This document shows, in pieces, positions 8,571 through 16,923 of a stretch of DNA of 35,689 nucleotides (its first letter is position 1; the number at the start of each line of letters is the position of its first letter). The stretch comes from Spirochaetaceae bacterium. GTDB taxonomy: Bacteria > Spirochaetota > Spirochaetia > Treponematales > Treponemataceae. The stretch is taken from assembly GCA_031272345.1 (NCBI GenBank), contig JAISTZ010000146.1, forward strand, positions 1-35,689. The letters run 5' to 3'. The position numbers were made by a program, and so were the translations under genes. The notes under the pieces are model-generated. The model searched no databases and had not been told where the DNA came from. It was given only the letters and a program-made list of their open reading frames with translations.

Positions 8571-9144
8571 AGCCCTCAAGGGGCGGGCGGAACGGTCGGT
8601 GAACAGGAGCCGGTTCGAGCACTCCCTCAGGGTGACGGAAACCGCCAGGGAGCTGTGCAGGCGGTACCAGGCGGATGAACACAGGGCGGCCCTGGCGGGG
8701 ATTTCCCACGACATGTGCAAGGAGCTCCCCCCGGAGGCCCTCCTCGCCCTGGCGTCCCGGGACGGCGGGGCGATCACGGAGATCGAGCTGCATAAGCCCA
8801 GGCTCCTCCACGGCAGGGCCGCCGCGGTCACCCTCAGGGAGGAGTACGCCCTCACGGACCCGGAGATCCTCGAAGCGGTCAGCCGCCACACCTTCGGCGC
8901 GCCCCGCATGGGGACGATCGCCAGGATCATCTACATCGCCGACAAGATCGAGCCCGCCAGGGAGCAGGTCACCCCGGAGTACCTGGCGCGGCTGGCGCCC
9001 CTTTCACTGGATGAATTGCTGTTTTACATTGCGGACGAGAATATTTCGTACCTGGAAAAAAAAGGAGAACAGGTGGCCCCTGTTTCGTATGCCCTGAGGG
9101 AATCCCTCAAAAAAGAGCTTGCCCATGAAAAAACACGGCTTTAA
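8561..9144 (+). CDS. yqeK: HD-domain protein YqeK (bis(5'-nucleosyl)-tetraphosphatase family).
   Basis: ATG at 8561 inside the track ORF 8263..9144. The sequence has RFEHSLRVTETA...GISHDMCK...LLHG...HT...IIYIADKIEP (HD motif). It overlaps the nadD end by 10 nt. The nadD-yqeK-rsfS order is conserved in many bacteria. Confidence 0.8.
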
Positions 9145-10330
9145 ATCCCCCCTGGACAGGAGCGTCCTCTTCCTCATCGTCATTCTGGCTGTGCTGGCGA
9201 TCACCTGCGTGTTCCTGGTACAATCCCTCAAGCGTGACATCGTCTCCGACGCCATAGAAAACGACGCCCTCATCAAGATTCTCTTCGTGTTTGAAGACCA
9301 GGGCAAGGCCCTGTTCACGGACGTGTTCTTCTACTACCCGCCCCTCAAGCGGGGGGCCGTGTTCTCCATACCGGGGAATACGGGGGCGATCTACCAGAGC
9401 CTGGGCCAGGTTGACCGGATCGACTCGGTCTACAATTCCCTGGGGATAGAAGCCTACCGCAGGGAGGTGGAGACCCTCCTTGACCAGACGATTCCCTTCT
9501 CGGTCACGATTACCCTGGACAACCTGTGCGTCCTGGCGGACCTGTTCGGCGGGCTCCGGGCCTTTGTGCCCAACCCGGTGGATTCCGAGGGCCCCAACGG
9601 GGAGCGGTGGCTCCTGCCTTCCGGGGCGGTCACCCTGGACGGGGGCAAACTCCGCACGTACATCACCTACTCCCTCCCCGAGGAAACCGGGGAGGAAAAG
9701 CAGGAGCGGGAGCAGAGCGTCATGGTGTCCCTCCTTTCCGCCTTCAACGAGCACTCGTCCTTCTTCACCAACCGGCGGACCCTCAGGGTGATCAGCCCCC
9801 TCTTCTCGTCCAACGTCGACCGGGAGGACCTGGCCGACGTGCTGGCGGAGATCTCCCAGGTAAGCACCGACAGGATGGTCCCCCAGACCGTCATCGGCAA
9901 TGTACGGCTCACCTCGGACGGCAAGTCCCTCCTCTTCCCCCACTCGGACGGCCAGTTGATAAAGGACGTGCTCAAGCAGACCACCGGGGCCCTGGTGTCC
10001 CTGGAGGAGACCAACTTCAGCCGGATCTACGTGCTGGAAATTCAAAACGGCACCACCGTGCAGGGCCTGGCGCGGAACACGGGCATCCTGCTCCAGAGCA
10101 TCGGCTACGAAATTTTCGCCGCCGTGAACGCCCCGTCCAGCGACGTGGCCCGCACCGTGATAATCAACCACATCGGCGACCAAAGCGCCGCAAAGCAACT
10201 GGGCGATTTCATCCACTGCACCAACATCGTCGTGCCGGTGATCCCGGAGGCGGAGGAAGAAACCAGAGCTTCCCAGGTTGACTTTACGTTGATTCTGGGG
10301 AAGGATTTCGACGGCAGATATGTACGCTAA
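9125..10330 (+). CDS. LytR-CpsA-Psr (LCP) family protein with a C-terminal LytR_C-like domain.
   Basis: The track start at 9119 is a TTG, so I use the ATG at 9125. There is an N-terminal TM (VLFLIVILAVLAITCVFLV), an LCP-like core (IPGNTG...LDNLCVLADLFGG...LDGGKLRTYITY) and a C-terminal segment (IYVLEIQNGTTVQGLARNTG...ILGKDF) typical of LytR_C. Confidence 0.75.
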   Translation: MKKHGFKSPLDRSVLFLIVILAVLAITCVFLVQSLKRDIVSDAIENDALIKILFVFEDQGKALFTDVFFYYPPLKRGAVFSIPGNTGAIYQSLGQVDRIDSVYNSLGIEAYRREVETLLDQTIPFSVTITLDNLCVLADLFGGLRAFVPNPVDSEGPNGERWLLPSGAVTLDGGKLRTYITYSLPEETGEEKQEREQSVMVSLLSAFNEHSSFFTNRRTLRVISPLFSSNVDREDLADVLAEISQVSTDRMVPQTVIGNVRLTSDGKSLLFPHSDGQLIKDVLKQTTGALVSLEETNFSRIYVLEIQNGTTVQGLARNTGILLQSIGYEIFAAVNAPSSDVARTVIINHIGDQSAAKQLGDFIHCTNIVVPVIPEAEEETRASQVDFTLILGKDFDGRYVR

Positions 10331-10340
10331 GGAAACACCC

Positions 10341-10691
10341 ATGAAAACCCTTCAAGACATCGCCCTGGAACTGGCGGCCCTCCTGGAAGACGGCAAGGGC
10401 AGGGACGTGACCGTGCTGGACGTGTCGGAGATAAGCAGTTGGACCTCCTGCTTCGTCATCGCCACCAGCGCCAGCAGCACCCACTGGAAGAGCCTCTACA
10501 AGCTCGTCAAGGACTACTGCGGGGCCTCCGGCGGGGCCGTGGAAATCTACGCGCCCCAGAAAAAAATCCCCGACGGGGACGACTGGGTCCTCATCGACCT
10601 GGGGGGAATCGTGGTGCACCTGATGTCCGCCGAAGCCAGGGGCTTCTACGACCTGGAAAAACTCTGGTATAACGGAAAAAAACTCAAATAA
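10341..10691 (+). CDS. rsfS: Ribosomal silencing factor RsfS (iojap).
   Basis: The track ORF starts at 10320. The ATG at 10341 has TAAGGAA 7 nt upstream and gives MKTLQDIALELAALLEDGKGRDVTVLDVSE..., with the DWVLIDLGGIVVHLM motif. Confidence 0.9.
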   Translation: MKTLQDIALELAALLEDGKGRDVTVLDVSEISSWTSCFVIATSASSTHWKSLYKLVKDYCGASGGAVEIYAPQKKIPDGDDWVLIDLGGIVVHLMSAEARGFYDLEKLWYNGKKLK

Positions 10692-10723
10692 GAAGGGCCG
10701 CAAAAAATCCGGCCGCGTCCCTT

Positions 10724-11836
10724 TTAGCAGATCGACTGGAGCACGTCCAGGGTGCGCCGGGCTGTCTTTTCCCAGGTGAACCGCCTTGTCCATTCCAGCC
10801 CCCCCGACACCAGGGTCTTCCGCAGTTCCCCGTCGGACACGATCTTCTCCAGCCCCAGGGCGATGTCCACGGCGTCACCGCTGGTAAAAAAGAGCGCGTG
10901 GTTCCCGGCGATTTCCGGCAGCACCCCGCCCCTGGAGCACACGCAGGGGATTCCCACGGCCATGGCCTCGATCACCGGCAGGGCTGACCCCTCCCCGGAG
11001 GCGGGGAACACGAAGGCGTCCGCCCCGGCGTACAACTGGGGGAGCCCCTCGTGGGGAAAATATCCCGTGAGCAGAATGTCCGACGTGAAGGGGGACTTCT
11101 GGGCGGCGGCCCTGGCGGCGGGGAGCCCCGGACCATCGCTTCCCGCAAGGACGAGCCTGTGGGGGAGCCCGGTGTTCAACTTGAACAGGTTGAAGGCCTG
11201 GATGAGTTCCACGTGTTTTTTCTCCGGCCCGCTCAGGCTGGTCACGTAGACGAAGTACGGCCGCTTTACCGCGAAGGGTTTTGTGTCGATCGGGGCGTCC
11301 TCCGGGCCGGACCGGGGGCAAAAAAGCGCGTGGTCGATCCCGTTGTGGACCACCTCGATCTTTGCCCCGTCGATGCCCAGACCCATGAGGTCCTTGCGCA
11401 CGAACTGGCTGGGGGCAATCACCCTGGCAACCCGCTTGAGCCCGGCGAGGACCCTGGTGTTGGAAAACCAGTTGCTGCGGGTTTTGAGCCTGAGGGACAG
11501 GTGCTCGTGCACCACCGCCGCCGCGGGGAAGGAATAGGCCCGCTGGAGCAGTTGGGGCCCCGCGGGGAAGAGCACACAGTCGTAGCGTTTCTTTTTTATG
11601 AACCCCTGGGCTTGAAAAAGGTGCCACAGGCGCTCAAAGGCGGGGTTGTCCGGGGCGGAGATGCCCGCGTAGCCGATGTTCTTGTCCCGGTTGTAGGTGT
11701 ACCGGTCCATCTCGGAACCGAAAAGCTCAAACTGAAACGTCCCGTCATCGGGGAGGTGCGCGCACAGGGACACCAGATACGTTCCGATGCCTGAACGCCC
11801 GTGTCCGCACCCAAACGTATCGATTCCGACTTTCAT
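10724..11836 (-). CDS. Glycosyltransferase family 4 (GT-B, retaining, RfaG-like).
   Basis: 370 aa. The C-terminal E-x7-E region reads PASGEGSALPVIEAMAVGIPCVCS. The N-terminus MKVGIDTF is typical of the family. Confidence 0.85.
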   Translation of the reverse strand: MKVGIDTFGCGHGRSGIGTYLVSLCAHLPDDGTFQFELFGSEMDRYTYNRDKNIGYAGISAPDNPAFERLWHLFQAQGFIKKKRYDCVLFPAGPQLLQRAYSFPAAAVVHEHLSLRLKTRSNWFSNTRVLAGLKRVARVIAPSQFVRKDLMGLGIDGAKIEVVHNGIDHALFCPRSGPEDAPIDTKPFAVKRPYFVYVTSLSGPEKKHVELIQAFNLFKLNTGLPHRLVLAGSDGPGLPAARAAAQKSPFTSDILLTGYFPHEGLPQLYAGADAFVFPASGEGSALPVIEAMAVGIPCVCSRGGVLPEIAGNHALFFTSGDAVDIALGLEKIVSDGELRKTLVSGGLEWTRRFTWEKTARRTLDVLQSIC

Positions 11837-11881
11837 GGAGTCATTCTAGCACAAGAGGCGGTTTTCTGCTATGGTTTTTGT

Positions 11882-13012
11882 ATGAAAACATTTGCGGACC
11901 TGGGTATTTCCGGGGTTTTCGCCCCGGCCCTGGACGCCCTGGGCATCGAGGCCCCGACCCCCGTGCAGGAACGGGTGATTCCGGAGGTCCTCGCGGGCAG
12001 GAACGTCCTCTTCGAGGCGGAGACCGGCTCGGGCAAGACCTACGCCTACGCCCTCCCCCTGCTGCAAATGTTCCTCCCCGGCATGGAAGCCCCGGGAAAG
12101 TCCCCGGTGATCTGCATCGCCTGTCCCACCCAGGAGCTTTCCTCCCAGCAAAAGCGGGCCCTCGAGGCCCTGGGGGTCAAAAATATGCCCCTCCTCATCG
12201 GCGGGGTGTCCATCAAACGGCAGTGCGAAGCTCTCCAGAAGGGCCCCCCCGTCGTCCTGGGCACCCCGGCCAGGCTCTGCGAGTTGATTTTCCTCAAAAA
12301 GCTGCGCCTCCGGGAGCTCAAGGCCCTGGTGTTGGACGAGGCGGACAGGCTTTTTTCAAAGGAGCTGGAGGAATGGACAGGCCGCCTCCTCGGCCTCGCG
12401 CCCCAGGGCACACAGCTCCTGGGGGAGTCCGCCACGATCGACGGGCGCACCGAGGGAAAATTCGCCGAATTCGCCCGTGATTGGGTCCCTGTCCGAATCG
12501 ATTCCCAGGATGTGCTCAGGAAAAATATCGAACACCAGGCCCTCTTCGCTGAGGACCGGGACAAGGTGGCCGCCCTGCGGAGCTATCTGCTGGCGGAAAA
12601 GCCCCCCAGGGCGCTGATTTTCTGCGCCCGCCTGGCGGAGGTTGAAAAAATCACCCTGGCCCTTCAGGCCAAAAAAATCGACTGCCTGGGCATCCACGCC
12701 AGGGCGGAACAACAGACCCGCAAAAACGCCGTGGACCGGTTCCGGTCGGGAAAAACGCCCCTCCTCGTCACCAGCGACCTGACCGCCCGGGGCATGGACA
12801 TCCCCGGAATCACCCACATCATCCAGATGGACCTGCCCGAGGGAACCGCCTTCATCCACCGGGCGGGCCGCACCGCCAGGGCGGGCAGGCGGGGAATCAA
12901 CATGGTAATCGGAAACGAGTGGGAGCTGCGCCGGTACGCGGCCCTGGAGAAAAAACTCGGCATCACCGTGTACCCCAAGGCCCTCTACAAGGGCGCGGTG
13001 ATCCCCGCCTAG
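11882..13012 (+). CDS. DEAD-box ATP-dependent RNA helicase.
   Basis: ATG at 11882 inside the track ORF 11801..13012. It has the Q motif (F..LGI....L...G...PTPVQ), motif I AETGSGKT, DEAD (LDEADRLF), SAT and motif VI HRAGRTARAGRRG. Confidence 0.9.
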   Translation: MKTFADLGISGVFAPALDALGIEAPTPVQERVIPEVLAGRNVLFEAETGSGKTYAYALPLLQMFLPGMEAPGKSPVICIACPTQELSSQQKRALEALGVKNMPLLIGGVSIKRQCEALQKGPPVVLGTPARLCELIFLKKLRLRELKALVLDEADRLFSKELEEWTGRLLGLAPQGTQLLGESATIDGRTEGKFAEFARDWVPVRIDSQDVLRKNIEHQALFAEDRDKVAALRSYLLAEKPPRALIFCARLAEVEKITLALQAKKIDCLGIHARAEQQTRKNAVDRFRSGKTPLLVTSDLTARGMDIPGITHIIQMDLPEGTAFIHRAGRTARAGRRGINMVIGNEWELRRYAALEKKLGITVYPKALYKGAVIPA

Positions 13013-14778
13013 GCCGACGCCAGGATGCCCTCTATTTCTTTGGTGACGGCGTTGCAGAGGGTGTCCGCGCTGTGCTTTGCGGCTCCCAGATCGCCATCGG
13101 CAACGGGAACATGGCAGGAGATGTAGAACTTTATCTTGGGTTCCGTGCCTGAAGGCCGGGCGCTCACCACCGTATCCCCCTCCAGGAAGAACTGGAGCAC
13201 GTTGCTTTTGGGCAGACCGATGGGTTCCCTGCGCCCGGGGGACGCGGGGTCGTAGGCGGCGCCCTCTTCCACGTCCCGGATGCGGAGGACCCGCTTGCCC
13301 CCCAGGGACGTGAGCCCCTCCCTCCGAAGGCGGGACATGATGCCCCGCATGGTCTCCGCTCCGGCCTCGCCGGGGAAGCTCCTGGAAATCGCCCGATCTT
13401 CGTAGTAGCCGAAGCGTTTGTAGAGCTCCTCGATGCGCTCCAGGAGGCTCTTCCCCACGGACCGCCAGTAGAGGGTCATCTCGGCGCATAACGCCGCCGC
13501 GGAAACCCCGTCCTTGTCCCGGATGCTGTCCTCCACGGTGTAGCCGTAGCTCTCCTCAAACCCGAAGATGTACCGGCGGCTGCCCGTGCGGTTGAATTCC
13601 TCCATGGCGTCCCCGATCCACTTGAACCCCGTGAGGCACTCGACGGTGTCCACCCCGTAGGACGCGGCGATTTTGTCCGCCAGGGCGGTCGACACGATCG
13701 ACCGCACCACCACCGGGTTCGGCGGCATAATCCCCAGTTCCTTGCGGGACAGGCAGATGTAGTCCGTGAGGAGCGCCCCCATCTGGTTCCCCGTAACGAG
13801 CACAAAGGCGCCCTCCCTGTCCGGGAAGGCCGTGCCGAACCGGTCGGCGTCCGGGTCCGTGGCCATCACCACGTCGGCCTTTTCCTTGCGGCCCAGTTCG
13901 ATCGCCAGCTTCATTGCCGGGGCCTCCTCCGGGTTGGGTTTTTCCACCGTGGGGAAGTCCCCGTCGGGCTCCCGCTGCTCCGGCACGGAAATCACCCGCA
14001 GGCCCAGGCTGCCGAGCACGCTTTCCACGTGCATGGCCCCGGTGCCGTGGAGGGGTGTGTACACGATTTTGACCTCCCCGGCCCGTTCCTTGATGAGGCC
14101 GGGCCTGAAAAGTGATGCCCTCACCATGGATTCGTATTTTATGTCAATATCCTTATCTATCATGACCAGGAGGCCCCTGGCGATTGCCTCGAGGCGGGTG
14201 ATGGTTTTGACCGAGGTGACGCCGTTCACCTGGGCGATGATGCCCTCGTCGTGGGGCTCGATCACCTGGCCGCCGGTGTTCCAGTAGGCCTTGTAGCCGT
14301 TGTATTGGGGCGGGTTGTGGGACGCGGTCACCACGACCCCGGTGTCGCACCCGAGTTCCCGGATGGCGAAGGAGAGTTCCGGCGTGGGCCGCAGGGAGGT
14401 GAAGAGATAGGTTTTGAATCCCCTGGCGGCGAAGATGAGGGCCGCGGATTCCGCAAAGAGGGCGGAAAAGTGACGGGAGTCATAGGCGATTACCGCAGAG
14501 AGCTTTCCGGCCCGGTCCTTTTCCGGGAAGGCCTTTGCCACATAATCCGCAAGCCCCTGGGTTGCCCTGTTGACCACCAGGGTGTTCATGCGGTTCGTGC
14601 CCCCGCCGATGATTCCCCGGAGGCCTCCGGTGCCGAATTCCAGGTTCTGGTAGAACCGGTCCTCCAGTTCCTTCCAGTTTTTGTCCGCGATGAGTCTTTC
14701 CACCTCCCCCCGGAATCCGGGGTCGGTCTCTTCCTGGATATACGCTTTGGCCCGTGAAAGAATTTCCGTGTTTTCCAT
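13009..14778 (-). CDS. Alpha-D-phosphohexomutase (phosphoglucomutase/phosphomannomutase family).
   Basis: The active-site loop is TASHNPPQYNGYK, the metal loop is DPDADR, and GFEESYGY is also present. The track start at 14793 is a TTG. I prefer the ATG at 14778, which is preceded by AGGTGA. It overlaps the convergent helicase gene stop by 4 nt. Confidence 0.9.
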   Translation of the reverse strand: MENTEILSRAKAYIQEETDPGFRGEVERLIADKNWKELEDRFYQNLEFGTGGLRGIIGGGTNRMNTLVVNRATQGLADYVAKAFPEKDRAGKLSAVIAYDSRHFSALFAESAALIFAARGFKTYLFTSLRPTPELSFAIRELGCDTGVVVTASHNPPQYNGYKAYWNTGGQVIEPHDEGIIAQVNGVTSVKTITRLEAIARGLLVMIDKDIDIKYESMVRASLFRPGLIKERAGEVKIVYTPLHGTGAMHVESVLGSLGLRVISVPEQREPDGDFPTVEKPNPEEAPAMKLAIELGRKEKADVVMATDPDADRFGTAFPDREGAFVLVTGNQMGALLTDYICLSRKELGIMPPNPVVVRSIVSTALADKIAASYGVDTVECLTGFKWIGDAMEEFNRTGSRRYIFGFEESYGYTVEDSIRDKDGVSAAALCAEMTLYWRSVGKSLLERIEELYKRFGYYEDRAISRSFPGEAGAETMRGIMSRLRREGLTSLGGKRVLRIRDVEEGAAYDPASPGRREPIGLPKSNVLQFFLEGDTVVSARPSGTEPKIKFYISCHVPVADGDLGAAKHSADTLCNAVTKEIEGILASA

Positions 14779-14836
14779 AGTGTCACCTTGCAACGTTAAA
14801 CTGGCTCAAGTATACCACAGGGGGAAAAAATTGACA

Positions 14837-14871
14837 ACACGGCGCGGTGCCAGGCACATGCGCCTGGCACC
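14837..14871. repeat. Left copy of an imperfect direct repeat. It contains a 10-bp-stem palindrome (GGTGCCAGGC-acatgc-GCCTGGCACC at 14846-14871).
   Basis: ACACGG...CATGCGCCTGGCaCC shares ACACGG and an exact 12-mer CATGCGCCTGGC with 16850-16880. It lies exactly where GC content drops. Confidence 0.5.
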
Positions 14872-14880
14872 CAAAGGGTA

Positions 14881-14909
14881 TTGACAAACCGCTAAATTAT
14901 ATGTATCAT
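14881..14909 (+). promoter_or_regulatory. Near-consensus sigma70-like promoter for the DUF1566 lipoprotein and PIN genes.
   Basis: TTGACA (14881-14886), a 17-nt spacer, then TATCAT (14904-14909). It sits in an AT-rich tract about 80 nt upstream of the ATG at 14990. Confidence 0.55.
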
Positions 14910-14989
14910 TTTTTTTACTAATTAAGGTGTATTTTTTCTAAAATATCAAACTATCACTCATAGGCAGGGACGTAAAAAAGGATTTTAAG

Positions 14990-16168
14990 ATGAAAAAGCA
15001 CACAGTTTTTGCGGCAAGCGCGATGGTTGTACTTGCGGTGATTCTCGCCCTCGTGTTGGGCGCGTGTGTAACAACGGGCGGCCACCAGACTCAGGCCGTG
15101 GGTACGGCGGTCCCTGCCTCATCAGGCAGCATGACCCTGGACGAAGCGATCGCTTTGGCGGCGGAGCGCATGGAAGCGCGGCTCCCCAGGGATACCGAGG
15201 TGGCGCTTATCAACGTGAGTTCACCGACGGCAGCGTTTTCCGAGTATGTGCTCACAGGCCTTGAAGCGGTTCTGGTGAACAACGGAAAGCTCGTAGTGGT
15301 TGACCGCGCCAATCTGGACAAAATCCGGGCGGAACAGGGCTTTCAGGCATCCGGGGAGGTGAGCGACGAGTCCGCCAAGTCTATCGGGCAGATGCTGGGG
15401 GCCGGGGCCATTGTCACCGGGACGCTTACCAATATCGGCTCGTCCTACCGGCTCACCCTCAAGGCCATCAACGTGGAGAAGGCCACCGTGGCAGCGTCCT
15501 CTCCCGCTACCATCGCCAATGACGATATAGTACAAGCCCTACTTGCCGGGGGCGGCGGCACGGCTCCAGCGGCACAGGCGAGTGCGGCGGCGACATCAAC
15601 AACATCGACAACTGCCCCAGCAAAGCCCGAAGCAACTGCGGCGGCGAAACCTGCGGTCCCCAAGACCTACAAAACAGGCGACAAAGGACCCGCTGGCGGA
15701 CTGGTGTTTTATGACAAGGGCAACGAAAGTGACGGCTGGCGCTATCTGGAAGCCGCACCCGCTTCCACGGAGTGGAAAGACCTCAAGTGGGCTGAATCCA
15801 AAGGCAATGTGGATAAGACGAGTCCCGGCATAGGGGCGGGGAAAGAGAATACGAAGCTCATCATGGCCCGGTTTATGGACACCGGAGAGGGCTTCCGTGC
15901 GGCCCAGCGCTGCGACACTCTGGTATACGGCGGGTGTGACGACTGGTATCTGCCAAGCAAACTTGAGTTGGGACTGATGTTTGTGTATCTAAAAGAGGCG
16001 GGCATCGGCGGTTTCAGCGAGGACTGGTACTGGTCTTCCTCCGAGTCAGATATTAGCAACGGTGCATGGGCGCAACGGTTCAGCGATGGTAGACAGGAAG
16101 GGGGAGGTTATTCTACTTTTGCCAACAAGTCGCGTGGAAATTCAGTCCGCGCCATCCGGGCTTTTTGA
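14990..16168 (+). CDS. Lipoprotein with a C-terminal DUF1566 (Lcl C-terminal-like) domain.
   Basis: The lipobox is LVLGAC. The N-terminal domain (VALINVSS...VVVDRANLDKIRAEQGFQASGEVSDESAKSIGQMLGAGAIVTGTL...YRLTLKAINVE) resembles LpoB/CsgG-type periplasmic modules. An Ala/Thr/Pro linker follows. The C-terminus has DDWYLPSKLEL, WYWSSSE and SVRAIRAF, matching DUF1566 motifs. Confidence 0.8.
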   Translation: MKKHTVFAASAMVVLAVILALVLGACVTTGGHQTQAVGTAVPASSGSMTLDEAIALAAERMEARLPRDTEVALINVSSPTAAFSEYVLTGLEAVLVNNGKLVVVDRANLDKIRAEQGFQASGEVSDESAKSIGQMLGAGAIVTGTLTNIGSSYRLTLKAINVEKATVAASSPATIANDDIVQALLAGGGGTAPAAQASAAATSTTSTTAPAKPEATAAAKPAVPKTYKTGDKGPAGGLVFYDKGNESDGWRYLEAAPASTEWKDLKWAESKGNVDKTSPGIGAGKENTKLIMARFMDTGEGFRAAQRCDTLVYGGCDDWYLPSKLELGLMFVYLKEAGIGGFSEDWYWSSSESDISNGAWAQRFSDGRQEGGGYSTFANKSRGNSVRAIRAF

Positions 16169-16177
16169 AGGGGAAAG

Positions 16178-16624
16178 ATGCAGAAACTAACTGTCTATTT
16201 GGACAACTGCTGTTACAACCGTCCCTACGATGACCAGTCGCAGGCAAAAGTTGTCCTTGAGACACTGGCGAAACTGTATATTCAGGAGTTGGTGCTGAAC
16301 AGGAAACTTGACCTTGTGTGGTCTTACATTCTCAAGTTCGAGAACAGCCAAAACTCCTTTGAGGCAAAGCGCGAGGCAATCGCCCAATGGGAAAAGTTGA
16401 GCGTCCGCTTTGTCGGCAAATCAGACGAGGTTGTCGCCCTGGCAAAAGAGGTCGAGGAGACCGGTGTGAAGCCCCCTGACGCGCTTCATATCGCGTGTGC
16501 TATAACCGCAAAGTGCGATTATCTCATTTCGGTAGACAATCGCGTTTTGAAATACCGTGATGACAGGATTACTGTGTGCAATCCTGTCGATTTTGTGCAG
16601 AGGGAGGCCGGAAATGACGAATAA
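16178..16624 (+). CDS. PIN-domain ribonuclease (toxin-like).
   Basis: 148 aa. The acidic residues are in PIN positions: YLDNCC (N-terminal Asp), QELVL (Glu), PPDALHIACAI (Asp) and YLISVDNR (Asp). GC is low relative to the backbone. Confidence 0.75.
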   Translation: MQKLTVYLDNCCYNRPYDDQSQAKVVLETLAKLYIQELVLNRKLDLVWSYILKFENSQNSFEAKREAIAQWEKLSVRFVGKSDEVVALAKEVEETGVKPPDALHIACAITAKCDYLISVDNRVLKYRDDRITVCNPVDFVQREAGNDE

Positions 16625-16832
16625 CGCCGTTTTGCTCGATAAGGGTATAAAGTGTCTGACCGAAAGCATGGGTCTTTTGGAGGCGGAGCAGTTTATCTAT
16701 GTGCTTTTAAGCCAGCCCTTTGACTATACGGAATGGCGCAGGAAGTATTTGTTTGCCGGTATGACGGTTGACGAAATCAGCGACGCCGCCGACAAGTATT
16801 GCGCGGAAAATCCGGAAAAGGCCGCAGTATAG
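16614..16832 (+). CDS. Small protein downstream of and overlapping the PIN gene, a putative cognate antitoxin or partner.
   Basis: ATG at 16614 inside the track ORF 16557..16832. It overlaps the PIN gene by 11 nt. The 72-aa product is MTNNAVLLDKGIKCLTESMGLLEAEQFIYVLLSQPFDYTEWRRKYLF.... No family recognised. Confidence 0.55.
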   Translation: MTNNAVLLDKGIKCLTESMGLLEAEQFIYVLLSQPFDYTEWRRKYLFAGMTVDEISDAADKYCAENPEKAAV

Positions 16833-16849
16833 GCTGTCCGGGCGTCTAC

Positions 16850-16880
16850 ACACGGGGCGCCGACGCATGCGCCTGGCGCC
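16850..16880. repeat. Right copy of the imperfect direct repeat flanking the low-GC patch.
   Basis: ACACGGGGCGCCGACGCATGCGCCTGGCGCC. It has the same ACACGG and CATGCGCCTGGC core as 14837-14871, and GGCGCC...GGCGCC form imperfect palindromic arms. Confidence 0.5.
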
Positions 16881-16923
16881 AGCAGACCTTGCTTTTTTCC
16901 CCGCCCCGGCCTATCATGGGCGT

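Noticed and set aside
9107-10342. A 411-aa minus-strand ORF antisense to the LCP gene. Similar long antisense or out-of-frame ORFs occur at 1647-2783(+), 2780-3736(+), 3654-4550(+), 7237-7824(-), 8118-8930(-), 12356-13489(-), 16846-17952(-), 17949-19292(-), 21377-23149(-), 23323-24144(-), 25237-26403(-), 28353-29447(+) and 31111-32493(-).
   Set aside because: All are Arg/Gly/Pro/Ala/His-rich low-complexity translations with no recognisable motifs. Each lies exactly opposite, or out of frame with, a gene that has clear family signatures. Long stop-free shadow frames are expected in GC-rich DNA with GC3-biased codons.
10692-10723. A possible bidirectional terminator between the convergent rsfS and glycosyltransferase genes (AGGGCCGC…GCGTCCCT followed by TTTTAG).
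   Set aside because: The stem is interrupted by mismatches (4 + 3 bp) and the T-run is short. This is too weak to call.
14865-14886. TGGCAC… and TGGCGC… (16874-16894) sequences that resemble the -24 element of sigma54 promoters.
   Set aside because: The spacing to the nearest TTGC-like -12 element is wrong. There is no TTGC 5 nt downstream at the left site, and 9 nt instead of 5 at the right site.
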